From the NCBI RefSeq assembly GCF_964194155.1, contig NC_135891.1:61876001-61940000 (forward strand): a stretch of 64,000 nucleotides of DNA, in the 5' to 3' direction. Under the pieces are notes generated by a model. It worked only from the letters and a program-made list of their open reading frames with translations. It had not been told where the DNA came from and made no database searches. Shown in pieces: positions 24,866-38,105 of this stretch. A program made the translations under genes and the position numbers. Source of the stretch: Cetorhinus maximus. Its lineage: Eukaryota. How positions within the stretch are numbered: position 1 is the stretch's first letter; each line of letters starts with the position of its first letter.

Positions 24866-25269
24866 TAACCCCCCCGCCCCTCCACTCCCATCAACTGAGG
24901 AAGATGGGTGCAAGAAAGTGTGGAGTGAGGAAAAACCTTTCCAGCCATGAAGCTCAATTCCTCCCATTGACTTCCTTAATCATGGGTTCTTCCTCCTCCT
25001 CTCCACTTCCTGTCACAGTTGTCTATACTTTATGATCCGCTGGTCTGCTTGCTCCATATCTTCAAACACATTTGCAGCATTTCAGCAATGGTGGGGAAGT
25101 GTTAGCAGGCTGATAATTAAGCAGCTAATCTGCATCATGAACACACCTTCCATGACCATCAAGTCCTTGAGTGGGACTTGAACCTGGAGCTTCTGGTTCA
25201 GAAGCAGTGATATTACTGACCAAGCCACAAGATCTTCTGATCCTCTGCCAAATCCAACACATCTTCTGG

Positions 25270-26053
25270 TCTCTGGATGGTTTTACCCCAGGGTACCCGG
25301 AAGATAGGCTGAGGGATCCGTCAGCAGTCCCCATCTGCTGACTATATGGCAATTGCCCGGGAAGTTTCATGTTCCGTTGGGTAGTTACCCTGTATCTGGA
25401 ACCCTCCAAATCTCTGATTTAGAGTCAGACACTTCAGATGTTCCTACTCACTTAGCCTAATAGTTAGCCAGGAAAGGTTAGAAGGATTAAAACCTGTGCA
25501 ACTATACTACTGACCCCACCTGCCAACTACCTCCCACTGGACCCCCTCACCCTGGACTATCCCCTCCACCACCTGACTACCCTTCCATCCCCTGACTACC
25601 CCAAACCTCCCGACTATTCCCCATCCGCCAACTAACCCACCCAGCCACCCGACTACCCTCCTGGCCCTGGACTTCCCCCCATGCCAACTACCTCCGCAAC
25701 CCCCACTAGAACCCCCAACTACCCCCTGACAAGCCCCCTAACAACAGCCCACACTACCCCCCTCACCCATTTACCTCACACAATTACCTTCTTTCCATAG
25801 CTAGTCAAAGTGGCTGGGAGATTTAAACTTACCAGTTTACAGCAGCTAGTGCCGTAAGAAGGGGGCTTGGCTTCAGTTCCCCCGATGCTCCTGCATCATG
25901 AGGAAAGGACTCCAGGAGCAGATACACTCCACATTTCTCAGGAGGCTCGGTTTTGAAGTCCGGAGATTCCCGTGTATCTCCAGTGTAAGGTAAGAAAATA
26001 GGAGCCAAGTGGCAATCCAGATGTGATTGCCGCTTGTCGGATGACTTGACCCG
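25270..26053. mobile_element. non-autonomous element with internal C-rich (gactaccc-type) array, related to 60671-62430
   Basis: Shared ggcaattgccc.gaagt before the array and tttaaacttacc...gcagc.agtgcc.taa.aaggg after it. Confidence 0.65.
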
Positions 26054-26574
26054 TCTATATTTACATCTCTCAAATGCCGACTCCCCTTTCAGATGCACAC
26101 TGATCCAGTACCATTTTAGAAGGATTAACCTAGGGTTAATTCCATTATCCTATGGTGGGGAGCCCTTGCAGCCTAGGTCAAGCTTTGTGAATTTTGCAGT
26201 TGTGTCTTTAAGTTCTGCCTCACAGTTCTGGTTAAGTATCATGTTTACTTCAGCTTACTGTGTACCTTTCATTATTCTATTATCATCCCCCTTCTTGTTC
26301 AGTGACCATCAGGTTAGTTGCCCTAGTACTTACCATAACTCATTCCCCTAAGGCCTAGAATTAATAGTGTCTCTAGTTTAAACTCTTTTCTATGCATTTG
26401 CCTGCTTTTCCAAACCACTAACACAGGTTTAACTTTAGGTTCAGTGCTATTCTGTTTGAGTTTTTTAAAGGTCTTTCATTGATATTTAAATACTTGAGGA
26501 TAGGAAATGTGATTCCAATTTTCACAAAAAGGATTCAGTCTGAAATGAAGGCCATTGTGGGTAAGCTTCACTTA

Positions 26575-28349
26575 GGATTAGATTTTTGCCACCAAGGCTG
26601 ATAGCTCGAGTTGGGAAATTTCCTGACTCAGCAGGCCCATCTCAATAAAGGGCCCCATCATGTTCAATGTTCACTCCAGGGAAGCAGGGGCACAATCAAG
26701 TTAGGCCTGCCGCCCCCAGAGTTATTTTCAAGGTAGCCATGGAAGCAAGCTGATAGAAGGCCCACCTTAGTTCTTTTAGACTTTGGCCCTGTTTTATAAA
26801 ACCCCAACCCTCATCCCACCTCACCACCCTCCCCCATGTTATCTCCTTAGCCAATCACTTAATATGCACTATGGGCAGACCCTGTGAGCCATGTGGAAAT
26901 GAAAAAGAAATAAACTTCTAACAATCTAACTGAGCTGTCACTCATGCATTGAAACATAGAAACATAGAAAATAGGAGCAGGAGTAGGTCATTCAGCCCTT
27001 CAAGCCTGTTCCGCCATTCAATATGCTCATGGCTGATCCTCTATCTCAATGCCATGCTCCCTCTCTCTCCCTATACCCCTTGACGCTTTTAGAGTCTAGA
27101 AATCTATCTATTTCCTTCTTAACTATATTCAGTGACTTAGCCTCCACAGCCTTCTGTGGTAGAGAATTCCACAGGTTCACCAACCTCCGAGTGAAGAAAG
27201 TTCTCTTCATCCCAGTCCTAAATGGCCTACCCCATATCCCGAGATTATGACCTCATGTTCTAGGCCCCCCCCCCAGCCAGAGGAAACATTATCCTTGCAT
27301 CCAGTCTGTCCCCCCTGTCAGAAATTTATATGTTTCAATGAGATCCCTTCTCATTTTTCTAAACTCCAGTGAATACAGGCCTAGTTGACCCGATCTCTCT
27401 TCATACGACAATCCTGCCATCCCAGGAACCAGTTTGGTGAATGTTCGCTGCACTCCCTCCATGGCAAGTGTATCCTTTCTTAGGTAAGGAGACCAAAACT
27501 GCACAGAATACTCCAAGTCTGATCTCACCAAGGCCCTCTACAGCTGTAGTAAGGCATCCTTGCTCCTATGCTCAAATCCTCTTGCATTGAAGGCTAACAC
27601 ACCATTTGCCTCCCTAACTGCTTGCTACACATTTGATACAGAAAAAAAACTTTCATTCATGAAACCCATTCAAAGATTTTGAATCCCCTCAAGTGGTCAA
27701 TCTGTTATGAAAACAAACTTTTAATCAGTATCCACATCAAAGATGGATAATCCTTTACTAGCCTCTTAAAACTGTTAGCCAACATGCAAACTCAGCCCTC
27801 TACAAGGATAAGTGATTTTTGACCTATTGAAACCCATTCAAGCATTCATAATGGGCTCAGCTGTAATAACAGCCCTTGGGAAATGTCAATAATGAAGTCT
27901 ATTGAAACTGCAGGAATAGATGGTAATGTTTTTTTCTCTAAGTTACACCATATGGCCTGTCAATCAATGCACTTCAGCAGTGAGTGTTTTTTATACTCTA
28001 AATGACAACTGGATCCTAATTCTTTTCCACTTTTAAGGGCTGGGGTTTTAAATAATTTTGGATCATGACACATAAACAGACCTTATCCACCATTCAAGAG
28101 TCTTTTGCATCTCCTCCATAAATTTGTGACTCCCACACTGTTGGAAAATGGGATCTCTTTAAATTCAGCACTATTTTCAAGTGGCCCAGTAGATTCGTAT
28201 TTCGTAGATGTGCAATTCATGCCCCGCCCACTTTCCTCTACCAGCAAAATTGTACCAGCCGTAAATGAAGGTAGAACTTTGGCATCTGGTTCCCGCCTGC
28301 CATTTTCAAAGGTCTCCAGAGTCATCCCAGCTCCCCGAAAATATGGCCC
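26575..28349. mobile_element. non-autonomous Harbinger-type element, interrupted by CR1
   Basis: Termini GGATTAGATTTT / AAAATATGGCCC with TTA on both sides. Confidence 0.6.
26952..27630 (-). mobile_element. CR1 (HER1-like) LINE 3' portion
   Basis: ORF 27289-31 style motifs in 27289-27531: LEYSVQFWSPYLRKD...LSYEER...LYSLEFR; (agaaacat)n tail. Confidence 0.9.
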
Positions 28350-28369
28350 TTACGCTCTCATTTAGATAA

Positions 28370-28990
28370 TAGCTTTAACAGATGCTTCACAGAAGTATAA
28401 TCGGATAAAAATAGACATAAGCCAAAGAAGGTATTAGGAGGCATGACCAAAAGCTTTGTCAAAAGGTTTTTTTAAGAAAAGTCTTGAAAAAGGGCTGTGA
28501 GATAGGGAAGTGGAGGGGGTTAGAGAGGGAATGTGTGTTATTAGGCCCTAGACAGCTTAAAGGCATGGCTGGCAATGATGAGATAGAGAGAGGAGGAACA
28601 CTGCGCTCTATGGGGTAATGGGAGACTGATGAGGTTGTTGGGCTGAAGAGATAGGGAGGGCTGAGGCAATTAAGTGATTTAAACAGATGGATGAAAATTT
28701 TCAATTGGAAGCATTAAGGGACCGGGAGCCAAAGCTAATCAGTAAGAACAGGAGTGATGAGTAAGAAAGACTCGGTGTAAGCAGGAGAGTTTTAGGATGA
28801 GCTGATGTTTCGAAGCTTGGAGGATGGGAGGTCAGCCAGAAGAGCTTTGAAATAGTTGAGTCTTTCTAATTGGCAAAGGTGTGGATGAGTGTTTCAGCCG
28901 AGAATATCATCAGGCAGGGGCAGAACTGGACAATCTTACAAAGATAAAAGTGGGCGGTCTTTGTGATGGGATTCGAAACTCAGCTCCAGC
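28370..28990 (-). mobile_element. L2 LINE 3' portion
   Basis: KIFIHLFKSLNCLSPPYL, CLGP; matches 49140-50345 in reverse. Confidence 0.8.
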
Positions 28991-29882
28991 AACTTATTCT
29001 AGCCTAGGTGTGAAATTCTTGGTTCAACCTGAGGTGGTGGCCTGAAAGAGGGAAGGTTATAGTATGAGGGGAAATGGTGACAGCAAGGTGCTGTAACCAA
29101 TCTTCTAAACAGCACAGACGTCGTACCAAAGATCTCATCAAGATGGGTTTTGAAAAAAAAACCACCTACACAACAAGGGAAAGAAAACCTTGACGTGTTC
29201 ATTGGGAAAACTAATGGATATCCTGTGAGAGGTGAGTATACTCCACCCCACGGAAACCCAGCGCAATGTCCGACGAGAGGAGTTTAAATGCTTTGCTTTC
29301 CTTCAGTGTGCTCGGCACTGAGATAAGCATTTTCACTTCAAAGAGAAATGATTTTGGGCACTGAATAAGGTGAAAAGAGCTGTTCTATATTCACCTGCCC
29401 AGCACAACCCTCACTACTTTCAACCTATATCAATAACTATTTATCAGCTACACTTCAGCTATCCCTCTTCAGTCACTGCGAACTTACTTAGGCTTGAGTT
29501 CAAGTTTGAATATTTTATTCAGCATTAGCTTGTGCATCTGCAGAACTCCTGTGGCTTAATTGAGCTCCCCACAGCATTGCTAAGCACTCAGAGATGTTGG
29601 TGCCTCGAGCATCAGTGGGTCTGACTGCAGAAGCACTGGCGTCTATTTGGATTGATTTTTCATTAGATTGCCCTGAGCTTGTGCTTAGCCATCCAGTCTC
29701 ATGGAAAGGAAGGCGGGTTGAGCATTTCTACAGGGTAATAAACTAAAATAGCATCAGCTGTTTTTGCCACACAAACAATTACAGAAAAACATTGAACTCT
29801 GAGGAAAGTTATCCAGTTGTTTAAGCTTGTGCGTATAGTTTTGTATTAGAATCTCATCCTTAGCATTTCATTTGGGATAAGT

Positions 29883-30420
29883 GAGTATCTCTGCCACTGA
29901 AAGTGGGAGGAGGTAATGCTTTCCCCCCAGCTTGTTAGTAAGCTGTCAACAATATACCTCAAAAAAATGGATAGATTTCAACGAAACTTTTATACAGTTA
30001 GGGTATGGCCCAAGGACAAATTGATTAGTTTTTGGTGAAGATGTGGATCTGGATCAGCATTCAGATCCTGAATTTTTTTTACCATTGGGATATAGAGTGA
30101 ATTGACTTTTTTTTAAAGAACATTGTGGTTTTATTTAGAATGTTGCTGATTGTTTTAGAATGTTACAGATTGTCTCAGCTGCTGTGGCGAAGTTTGTCAC
30201 AGCAGAGTTTTTAGAGCAGGTTGTTAGATGCAGATTGACTTGAAGTCCCCTCCATGAGATGGAAGCTCCTAATAAAAGGATTTATTTTTTCAGTGCTGTA
30301 GTTATGGAGCATCAACCAGGCAGGGAAAAGCCTCAAGGTAGAGCTGCATAATTGTAATAACATTGGTTTAACAAAATGCAATGGAGATATGCACTCTCCT
30401 GAGTGTCCTCTTCACTTGTT
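29883..30420 (+). mobile_element. probable non-autonomous Helentron (DINE-1/HINE-like)
   Basis: 5' tatctctgcca and 3' tggagata subterminal inverted repeats, 3' hairpin gcactc-tcct-gagtgt, internal ggatagatttcaacgaaactt and gatctggatc blocks. Confidence 0.6.
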
Positions 30421-30789
30421 GTGTCTGGGGCAGAAGGGCATGATCATTGATGGCAATTTTGGCAAAATGCGATACCCACACAAATCACTTGCTTTGGTTT
30501 TCTGTGGTGAATTTCATTATCACCATGGGCACTGATCTGCAGGAATTGATTCCTCCAAAGAACCCAGCTCTTCACCAGGAACACAGCTTTGCAAAACTCA
30601 CCCTTGTATGCCAAACAGCAGAAAGCATGCTGCAGGCCCTAGGGGATATGCTGGTTTCAATAAAAATCAACAATATTTAAATAAGGATAAATGACATGAT
30701 TACCTCTCTGTCACAAAAAAAACCAAACAGCAATGGAGGGAAATAGAAGATCATTTCCCTGTTAGGCCTGGGTCCAGCTGTGCAGCATT

Positions 30790-31075
30790 TGAATTAAGGC
30801 CCCAGCTTTCCTCTCAGGTAGATGTCAAAGATCCCATGGCACTATTTCAAAGAAGGGCAGTGGAGTTCTCCTTGGTATGCTAGTCAATATTTATCCCTCA
30901 ACCAATGACAAAAACAGATTATCTCCTTCATTGCCAGTTGTGGGGCCTTGCTGCATACAAATTGGCTGCTGCCCTTCCCTGCAGTACAACAGTGACTACA
31001 CTCCAAATGTGCCTCATTGCTTGTGAGGTGCTTTGGCACATCCTGAGTTTGTAAAAAAAAAAAGTGCTATTTAAA
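30790..31075 (+). mobile_element. Deu-domain SINE, 5'-truncated
   Basis: ctctcaggtagatgtcaaagatcccatggcactatttcaaagaag. Confidence 0.8.
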
Positions 31076-32344
31076 AACTAGCTTGTTCTTTCTTTACCAG
31101 ATACCCGTGCACTGTCAGCCGTACTTCACAGTGAGATCTAGCAGGATCTTTCATGATTATGGATGAGAAAGGGAAGTCTAACAGACAATGATGGAGACAC
31201 AGTGGACATTCTGTATAATTTATAGCATATAGCAAGTTGTATCTCTGAACTGTTCCTCCAGCTCTGCTCATCAATAAAACATTTGCCTGTAAAGATACAA
31301 GAAAGAAATTGAAACATGCAACCCTTCTGGAACCCAAATATTTCTCAAGTCCTCTGTCATGATAGAAATCTTTGCAAAGGAACTTGCTGAATTTTAAACA
31401 TCTTGCCTATCCATTTTCAAAGCAGAGGGATTTTAACTATAATGCAGCACCTCGGAAATGACTGAACGTCCCTCAAATGGAGAGGCAAGAATTATTGGAG
31501 GTTTGCAACCTAATATGGACATTGGGCTTGATGTCAGTGGCACAGTGATGCAAAATTGTCTATATTTTGTGAAGGAATGTTTCTCCTCACAATGAGCAGC
31601 TGTGCAGGGTTCTCAAAGCCACACTGACAACTTTGGAACAATGCTGTACGTTGTGAATCTGGAACGGAAAAGGTAGTTTAGCAGCTCAGCTGCAGTCCTC
31701 CACCAGAACCATTCTGTTGAAAGGATCTCATTAATTCAGCTTTCTCGTTCAGACGCTGACTGCCCTCTTGTGTATTTCTATTCAGCTCCCACTTTCGGTT
31801 TATATTTTTTTATTTTTAAATTCGGATTACTTACATACCTGATCCAAGCATCTGAACACTCCCTGTTCATCCGATGTTGCTCTACTTCTGAATTTCACCT
31901 GGATTTGCCAGGACAGTTGGATATAAGAGGGACACCTCTTGGAAATATGAAACTGGAACAGAATTCCTAAATTCCAGAATTCCAAGAATTGTGAGGTTTA
32001 ACTTCTAATGGAACAATGTAGACAGGGAGCTACCCAAATCTATATGCACACATGAACTCACTAATCAGTTCTACATACACACAGCACCAAGTGCTCATTC
32101 AACCTGATGCACAAACTCAGCAACCAACCATATACAGGTACACCCATATATACAGCAACCAACCATGTTGGATTAATGCCCCAAGATCGATTCCTAACCA
32201 CTGTTCAGTTAGCCAATCTCAGCCATAACAGCAGAAAGGGAAACCACAATTGGCTTCAGTACTACTGGGCTAGGAAGAGAGATGAAATACACCAGAGCTC
32301 CCACTCCAAATTTGCTGCATAGTAACCCTTGTTGCAAAGTGAGT

Positions 32345-32388
32345 ACCCTAACCCTAACCCTAACCCTGACTCTAACCCTGACCCTAAC
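32345..32388. repeat. interstitial telomeric repeat (CCCTAA)n, about 7 units with variants
   Basis: accctaaccctaaccctaaccctgactctaaccctgaccctaac. Confidence 0.9.
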
Positions 32389-32607
32389 ATAGCCCATAAT
32401 ACATGCTGTTTAGACTTATTCATGATAATTAGATAGTTGGGTGAGGTGTCACAGAATAGTCAAATGTACTGCAGCACATGGCCCTTAACGTGAGCCTGTT
32501 TACCCAAACCCACACTCTGTTGTTGGCTTATTGTTGGATCCTTGGTCACTAGTTTAGATGGACTAAAGGATCCGGGTTGCACATTTGTTTCGGGATGACC
32601 AAGTTAT

Positions 32608-32870
32608 TACCATAGACAGAGCAGATCAGCAACAGTTCTTATGTGGAACACATTCTATTTATTTACAACTGAACTCAGCAGCTACACTTGTGTATTTACA
32701 ACTAAAACCCTGTCTCTATATTACAGGCTCTTACTCCAGGCTACTCACTACTAACAACTAACTACAGACTGCTAAGGTAGCCTGTGCTACTCTGTCATTG
32801 GCTAATAAGATCATGTGATCTTCTATTATAACATTCTTCTTAAAGGTATATTACACATTAGATTACCCCA
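32608..32870 (-). mobile_element. solo LTR, 263 bp
   Basis: GTTAT at 32603-32607 and 32871-32875. Minus strand starts TG, ends TA (imperfect) and contains aataaa. Confidence 0.65.
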
Positions 32871-32960
32871 GTTATAGAGTTGGTCACTGTGTGTAATCAG
32901 TCACTCTCATTGTGCCCAGGTAGTTGCAAGATGTTAAGGTGTTGGACTAATGCCCTACTC

Positions 32961-33062
32961 TTCGGAAGAAGAGTCATATTGGACTTGAAACATTAACTCT
33001 GTTTCTCTCTCCACAGATTTTGCCATACCTGCTGAGTTTTCCCAGAACTTTCTGCTTTTATT
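32961..33062 (+). mobile_element. short hammerhead-headed Penelope derivative
   Basis: cggaagaagagtc-atattg-gacttgaaacattaactct followed by the Penelope tail cctgctgagttttccc. Confidence 0.8.
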
Positions 33063-33821
33063 ATTAATCTTAGGGCCTGCTGATTATATCAGACATTCCA
33101 CAATAGATATTGTTGTTGGCAATTAAGCCACCAGCAGTGGTCAAATACTTTTGGTTGAGCTCCACATTGAGTATGCTTGGTTAATGGTAATTATCCAAAG
33201 GCTTCCCTTTTCCTTATACCAGAGGTATTATCATTGAAATAGTGCCTGTATGGCAGAAAGCACACCTAAGTTATAGTGCTTGCTACCTTTGTTCCCCTCA
33301 CTATCCAGTTAACTTTAATAACAATTACCTCCCAACACTAAAATTGTTGAAAGGTAAGTTTATATAAAGATACCAGTTGCTTTGGCACTTGTGTCAAGTT
33401 AGACATCACTTGTTCTGCTCTGAGTGATGTGAGACTGCCCCCTGGAGGTGATCTTGCAACTCTCAGCTCATGAATCAAATCACCAAACTCCCAAATTATT
33501 CAACCATTACTGCATTGATGAGCATCCAACCAGCTGAGAAACGACAGCACCCGCTCCAGAGAGTCACATGAACAGTCTTTGTTTTCCTTTTGTTTTAGAA
33601 TCAGTGACTTTCAAATCAGTTTCAGCAGATTAATGCATGCATGTACTGGTCCAATGCAAGTTATCTGTGCCTCTTTGCCACAAACCAGACACCATCATTG
33701 TAGCCATTGGTTCATCCAAGTACAAGATTTGGCTAATTAATCCCATTGCTGTCAATTCAAACAAATGTACTAGCACTGTGTCTAAGGAGAGGTTTCTGTT
33801 GAAGCTGATTAATAATGCAAT

Positions 33822-34187
33822 TTGGTGTCATGTTGTGTCATATCCTTTTCTGTTATGTAATGTAATGGGAGAACCTGTCGTATAATATGGAATGTAATGA
33901 ATGGAGTGTTCCATATATAATGGCATGTCATGTCCTGTTGTGCAATGATGGCTGTAGTGTTCAATTATTCTATGCTTGATCATGTGAGTCTGTTTACAAT
34001 TGATGCGCAATGTGCCTGATTGCTTAAGCCCGGGTGAGAACTCAGGGGAAAGCAAACAAAGCTGTAGAAAGAGCTGGAAGCCAGAGCAAAAGCATGGAGT
34101 AGATATTTTTAAGCACTGTGTATAAAACCTGTTTCACTTATAGAAACTAGCGTAATCTCTGCATAGTTCCAAGACAAAAAATATACA
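33822..34187 (+). mobile_element. solo LTR, ~366 bp
   Basis: GCAAT at 33817-33821 and 34188-34192; ends ACA; 5' TG imperfect. Confidence 0.6.
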
Positions 34188-34854
34188 GCAATGGCTGAGT
34201 CATGTGATGCTATGAATGTTAAGCAGTGATATGCAGTTTAGTTTTATGCAACAGTGCCCAACTGTAGCTGATGCTTTCTGGAGCAGGCTGCATCAGCTCA
34301 GTCCCTCAGCTTGTTCCTGTGGTACACTGTGGTGTACATGGTCAGTGTCCATACCTCACACCAGAAAGGCTGAAGATTGCAAATTCTAATGAGTATTTCC
34401 AAATGTCTCGGTGATAAAAGCCTACAGACCAAAACACCCAAGACTCCATTCTTGCTCTACATTAAGCTAGCTGATTGCAACCAAGATAGCCACGGGGGCA
34501 TAGAAATGGATTCAGTGCTCCGGGCTGGAAAAGAGAAATATCAGCTAAGATTATCAACATTGATAGCTACTGCAAAATGCTTGTACGTAAATAGAAAGCG
34601 AGGATAGGATCAGGCTCAGTTGTGAAGTCAGGCTTGGAATGTAGTCTGGTGGCATTCACTGTTCATGGTCATACATGAAGAATGGCTATTTGGGCTGCTG
34701 GGAAATTTATCCCCACAATCAGGCAATGAACCATGGTGTGACACATTGGGTGACCCCTGTATCCTAGGCCTTAGCTGGACAACAGGGAAGTAGAAATCCA
34801 AAACTGCAGGCCTCACAACAAAATGGTCAAGAGTTCTGGTTCCTGAACTTTGTG

Positions 34855-34945
34855 ATATATATATATATGTGTAAATATATATATCCATATATATTTACAT
34901 ATATAATCAAAGTACTGCATATATACATATGTATATATATATAAA
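34855..34945. repeat. (TA)n-rich microsatellite
   Basis: Seen directly. Confidence 0.9.
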
Positions 34946-35789
34946 ATATTTCAGAGGCTGAAATTTAAGTAAGTAAAAGTTTTAACTTCCCACACAATGA
35001 ATATTCATTTAGAGAATATCTCTCCCAATGCTGGTCGCTAAGTTGGAAAGCATTTTGGACATGAAGAACTGTATATAAATGCCAGGTTTTTAAGTTTACA
35101 GTCAGGGTCACACTGGCAGTAGATTGACTCACACGGTCCTTAAGATTCTTCCTTCATCATGTGAATAAAGAGATATAAAATGCTCGCCCCAGTGTGTGCT
35201 GATTCCAACTGACCCTCCTACTGAGGCCCCATGGATCAGTCTAAATTAAAAAGCCTCTTTTCATCAATCAGAGGGTACCAAGATTGGGGACCATAATAAA
35301 AGTGTGGTTTATTGAAGCCAATGAAATTTTTTTTTTTCAATGGAGATCTTGCCTTTTCTTAAAATCAGCCTCTTTGTGACAGGTCTCACCGCAGCTTGGC
35401 ATTAAGCCAGCTGGCTTCAGTCTGCCAAGTAAGGAGTATTAGCTGAAGATCAGTGGACCTTCCCATGAACAGTCAGCTTCATCATGAGCAAGTTGCAGTT
35501 ATAAAGAAATGTAGGAACCAGATTCTATCACGAGCAAGGCCTGGAACAGAGGAGTGATATGAGTGCTTCACTAATGAAGGTTTAAAATGATTAGGTGGCC
35601 TTTTGTTGCTCAATATAACTGAAATAATAGTCTTTGTCATATTAATTAGCCAGAATTCCACTTAATCCAAGTATAAATGCAGTCAGGGTCAGTAAATGGA
35701 TTACTTCATAACACATGCATTAAGGAGGTCTTTTGAAAAGGTCAGCCACTATTTAAATGAAATAATTTACATTTATACAATCCTTTCAT

Positions 35790-36010
35790 ATTCTGAGGAT
35801 GTTGCGAAATGCTGTACAGCCAATGATTTCATTATGTAACAAATAGGGCAAGCAATGAGCCCATTAAACAAGCAAACAGCACTTAGAAAATGGCCAATGA
35901 TCCTGCTGATTTTGGTATTGGTTGAGGGAGGAATGTCTGGGCACTGGGTGAACTCCCCACTCTTCTCCAAATGGTGACAGGGACATTTTTGCCATCCAGC
36001 TGAGCTGGAA
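35790..36010 (-). mobile_element. Deu-domain SINE fragment
   Basis: ttggttgagggaggaatgtctgggcactgggtgaactcccc. Confidence 0.65.
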
Positions 36011-36016
36011 GACAAA

Positions 36017-37030
36017 GGGCACAATTTTCCCTTTCAGGACAAAGTCCTGTGGCAGGGGCAGGGGAGGGGAAGGGGAGTGTTTCCTGCCGTGGAGGTTGCT
36101 GGGAATTCATGCGGTATCATGTGACCCCAGCCTCATCAATAATGCATTCAGGCGTTTCCTGTCATTTTGCGTAGTGGGGTGAGCTGGATGGTGTGCGCCC
36201 CGCTGTCATATCTGGGCACCATATTTGAAAGGCACCCAGACAGCAACCTACACAATGCTGAGCAAGGAGACGGCCTGAAGTGGCTAGGGAGCTCCAGCAT
36301 CCAAATTCAGTGAAGCCTCCCTGAGCACCCGGCTCGGCCAAGCGGAGGTCAGGAGGGACATCCTTTATCCACTGGTTGGGAGAAGGAGGCCGAGCAGGGA
36401 GATGAACCCAGCATGGGAACAAGTCTCCAGGGCAATCAGTGCCTAGGGTCTCCAGCAGAGGACCACCCAGCAATGCCAAAAAAGGATGAATGGCCTCATC
36501 CGCACCACCAGGGTAAGTGAACCCTCAACTGCTCACATTCACCTCAATGAATGGTACAGGGGGCATGGGCCTCAGTGGTAGTATGATACTATGCTGCCTC
36601 ATAGCCCCACTGAAGTCCATCTACTCTGCAGGTGGAAAGGCCACTGTGGGTCCCTCACCCTTCCATACGGAGAGCTCAGATGCAGTCTGGGAGGGGGGTG
36701 ATGGAAGGGGCATTGAGCCAGCAAGCAGCATTAATGACATTCCCCCCTAAGCCTTATTCTTACATCTGTATATTTTCACCGTTTTGGAGGGTGCTCGCTC
36801 AGAACCCTTCTGGACAACCCACAGTGCAGCAATCAGATGGCACACAATCCAGTGGGTTATTTGAAAAACTAGAAGCATGATAAAGATACCTGAAACTTAA
36901 TTGCACTCAACCCATCTTCTCTCTTTGCACAAGAGAAATTAAGACATATTTTAAGGGAAAGCGAGAAGACAGGAGGGGGTCGGTCACACTTAAAAGAACT
37001 TCTTAATACAATATCTCCTTCTAACTATAA
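36017..37030 (+). mobile_element. Harbinger left-end fragment with Myb/SANT exons 1-2
   Basis: TIR GGGCACAATTTT; ccaaattcagtgaagcctcc (KFSEAS); aggatgaat...accagg|gtaagt; EKLRHILR..EKTGGG. Confidence 0.75.
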
Positions 37031-38105
37031 AGGAGGCATTGCTAGATATGGTGCTGGAGAATGAGGTGGGCCAAGTGGACCAAGTGTCTGTAGGGAAACA
37101 CTTGGGCAAGTGTGATCATTGTTATCATAAGTGTTAGATCAGAGCAAGGAACAATCTAAAGTAGAACTTCTAAATTTGTTGAGGGCTAACTTCAATGGGA
37201 TGAGAAGGGATCGAGCCAGGGTAAAATGGAACCAAAGATTGATGGGGAAAATTGTAATGGAACAATGGGTGATCTTTAAGAAGGAGATATTTCAGGTACA
37301 GGCTAGGTACATTCCAACAACGGTGAAAGATAAGGGAACCGAAGCTAGGTCCTTGGAAGATGAGAGAGATAGGAGATACAATCAAACAAAATAAGGGGGT
37401 GTATGATGCATGTCACATGAATTCTTCAAGCGAAAACCAGGTGAAATGCAATAATGCAATAATATAAAGACAGCAGTTAGCAAAGCATATGAAATCTTGG
37501 GATTCATATATAGATATGTTGAGCACAAAAACAGGGAAGTTATGCTGAACCTGTATGAAGCTCAGGTTTGACAACGACGAAAGTATTTCATCCACTTCTG
37601 GTCACCACACATTAGGAAGGGAATGAGGGTCCTTATGAGGGTACAGAGATTTACCACAATAGTTTCAGGAATTTTAGCTACAAAGTTGGTTTGGAGAAGC
37701 TGGGGTTGCTTTCCTTGGAGTAAAGGAGATTGAGGGGAGGTTTGACAGAGGCGTAAAAGATTGTGACTGGTTTAAGTAAGGTAGACAAAGAAAAGCTGTT
37801 CCTATTAGTTGATGGTACATGGACTAGGAAACACAGATATAAAGTTTTGGGCAAGAGACTCAGGGGGATGTGAACAAGAACTTCTTATGCAGCGAGTGGT
37901 AATGACTTGAAACTCATTGTTTACCAGGATGGTGGAAATGGAGATGATGAATGATTTCAAAAGGAAATTCAATGGGGACTTGGGAGAAATAAACTGACAA
38001 GGCTATGGGCATGTGGGCAGGGAAGTGAGGCTGATTGTATTGCCCTGAAGAGATCTGGCATGGACTCAATGGGTCAAATGGTCTCCTTCTCTGCTGTAAT
38101 GACTT
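37030..38105 (+). mobile_element. CR1 LINE, internally deleted (endonuclease end joined to 3' end)
   Basis: EALLDMVLENEVGQVDQVSVGKHLGKCDH; LRANFNGMR; FWSPH; HER1-like tail. Confidence 0.85.

Noticed and set aside
25170-25232. tRNA gene (also ~51700-51765)
   Set aside because: Only A/B-box-like SINE heads; no full cloverleaf is evident.
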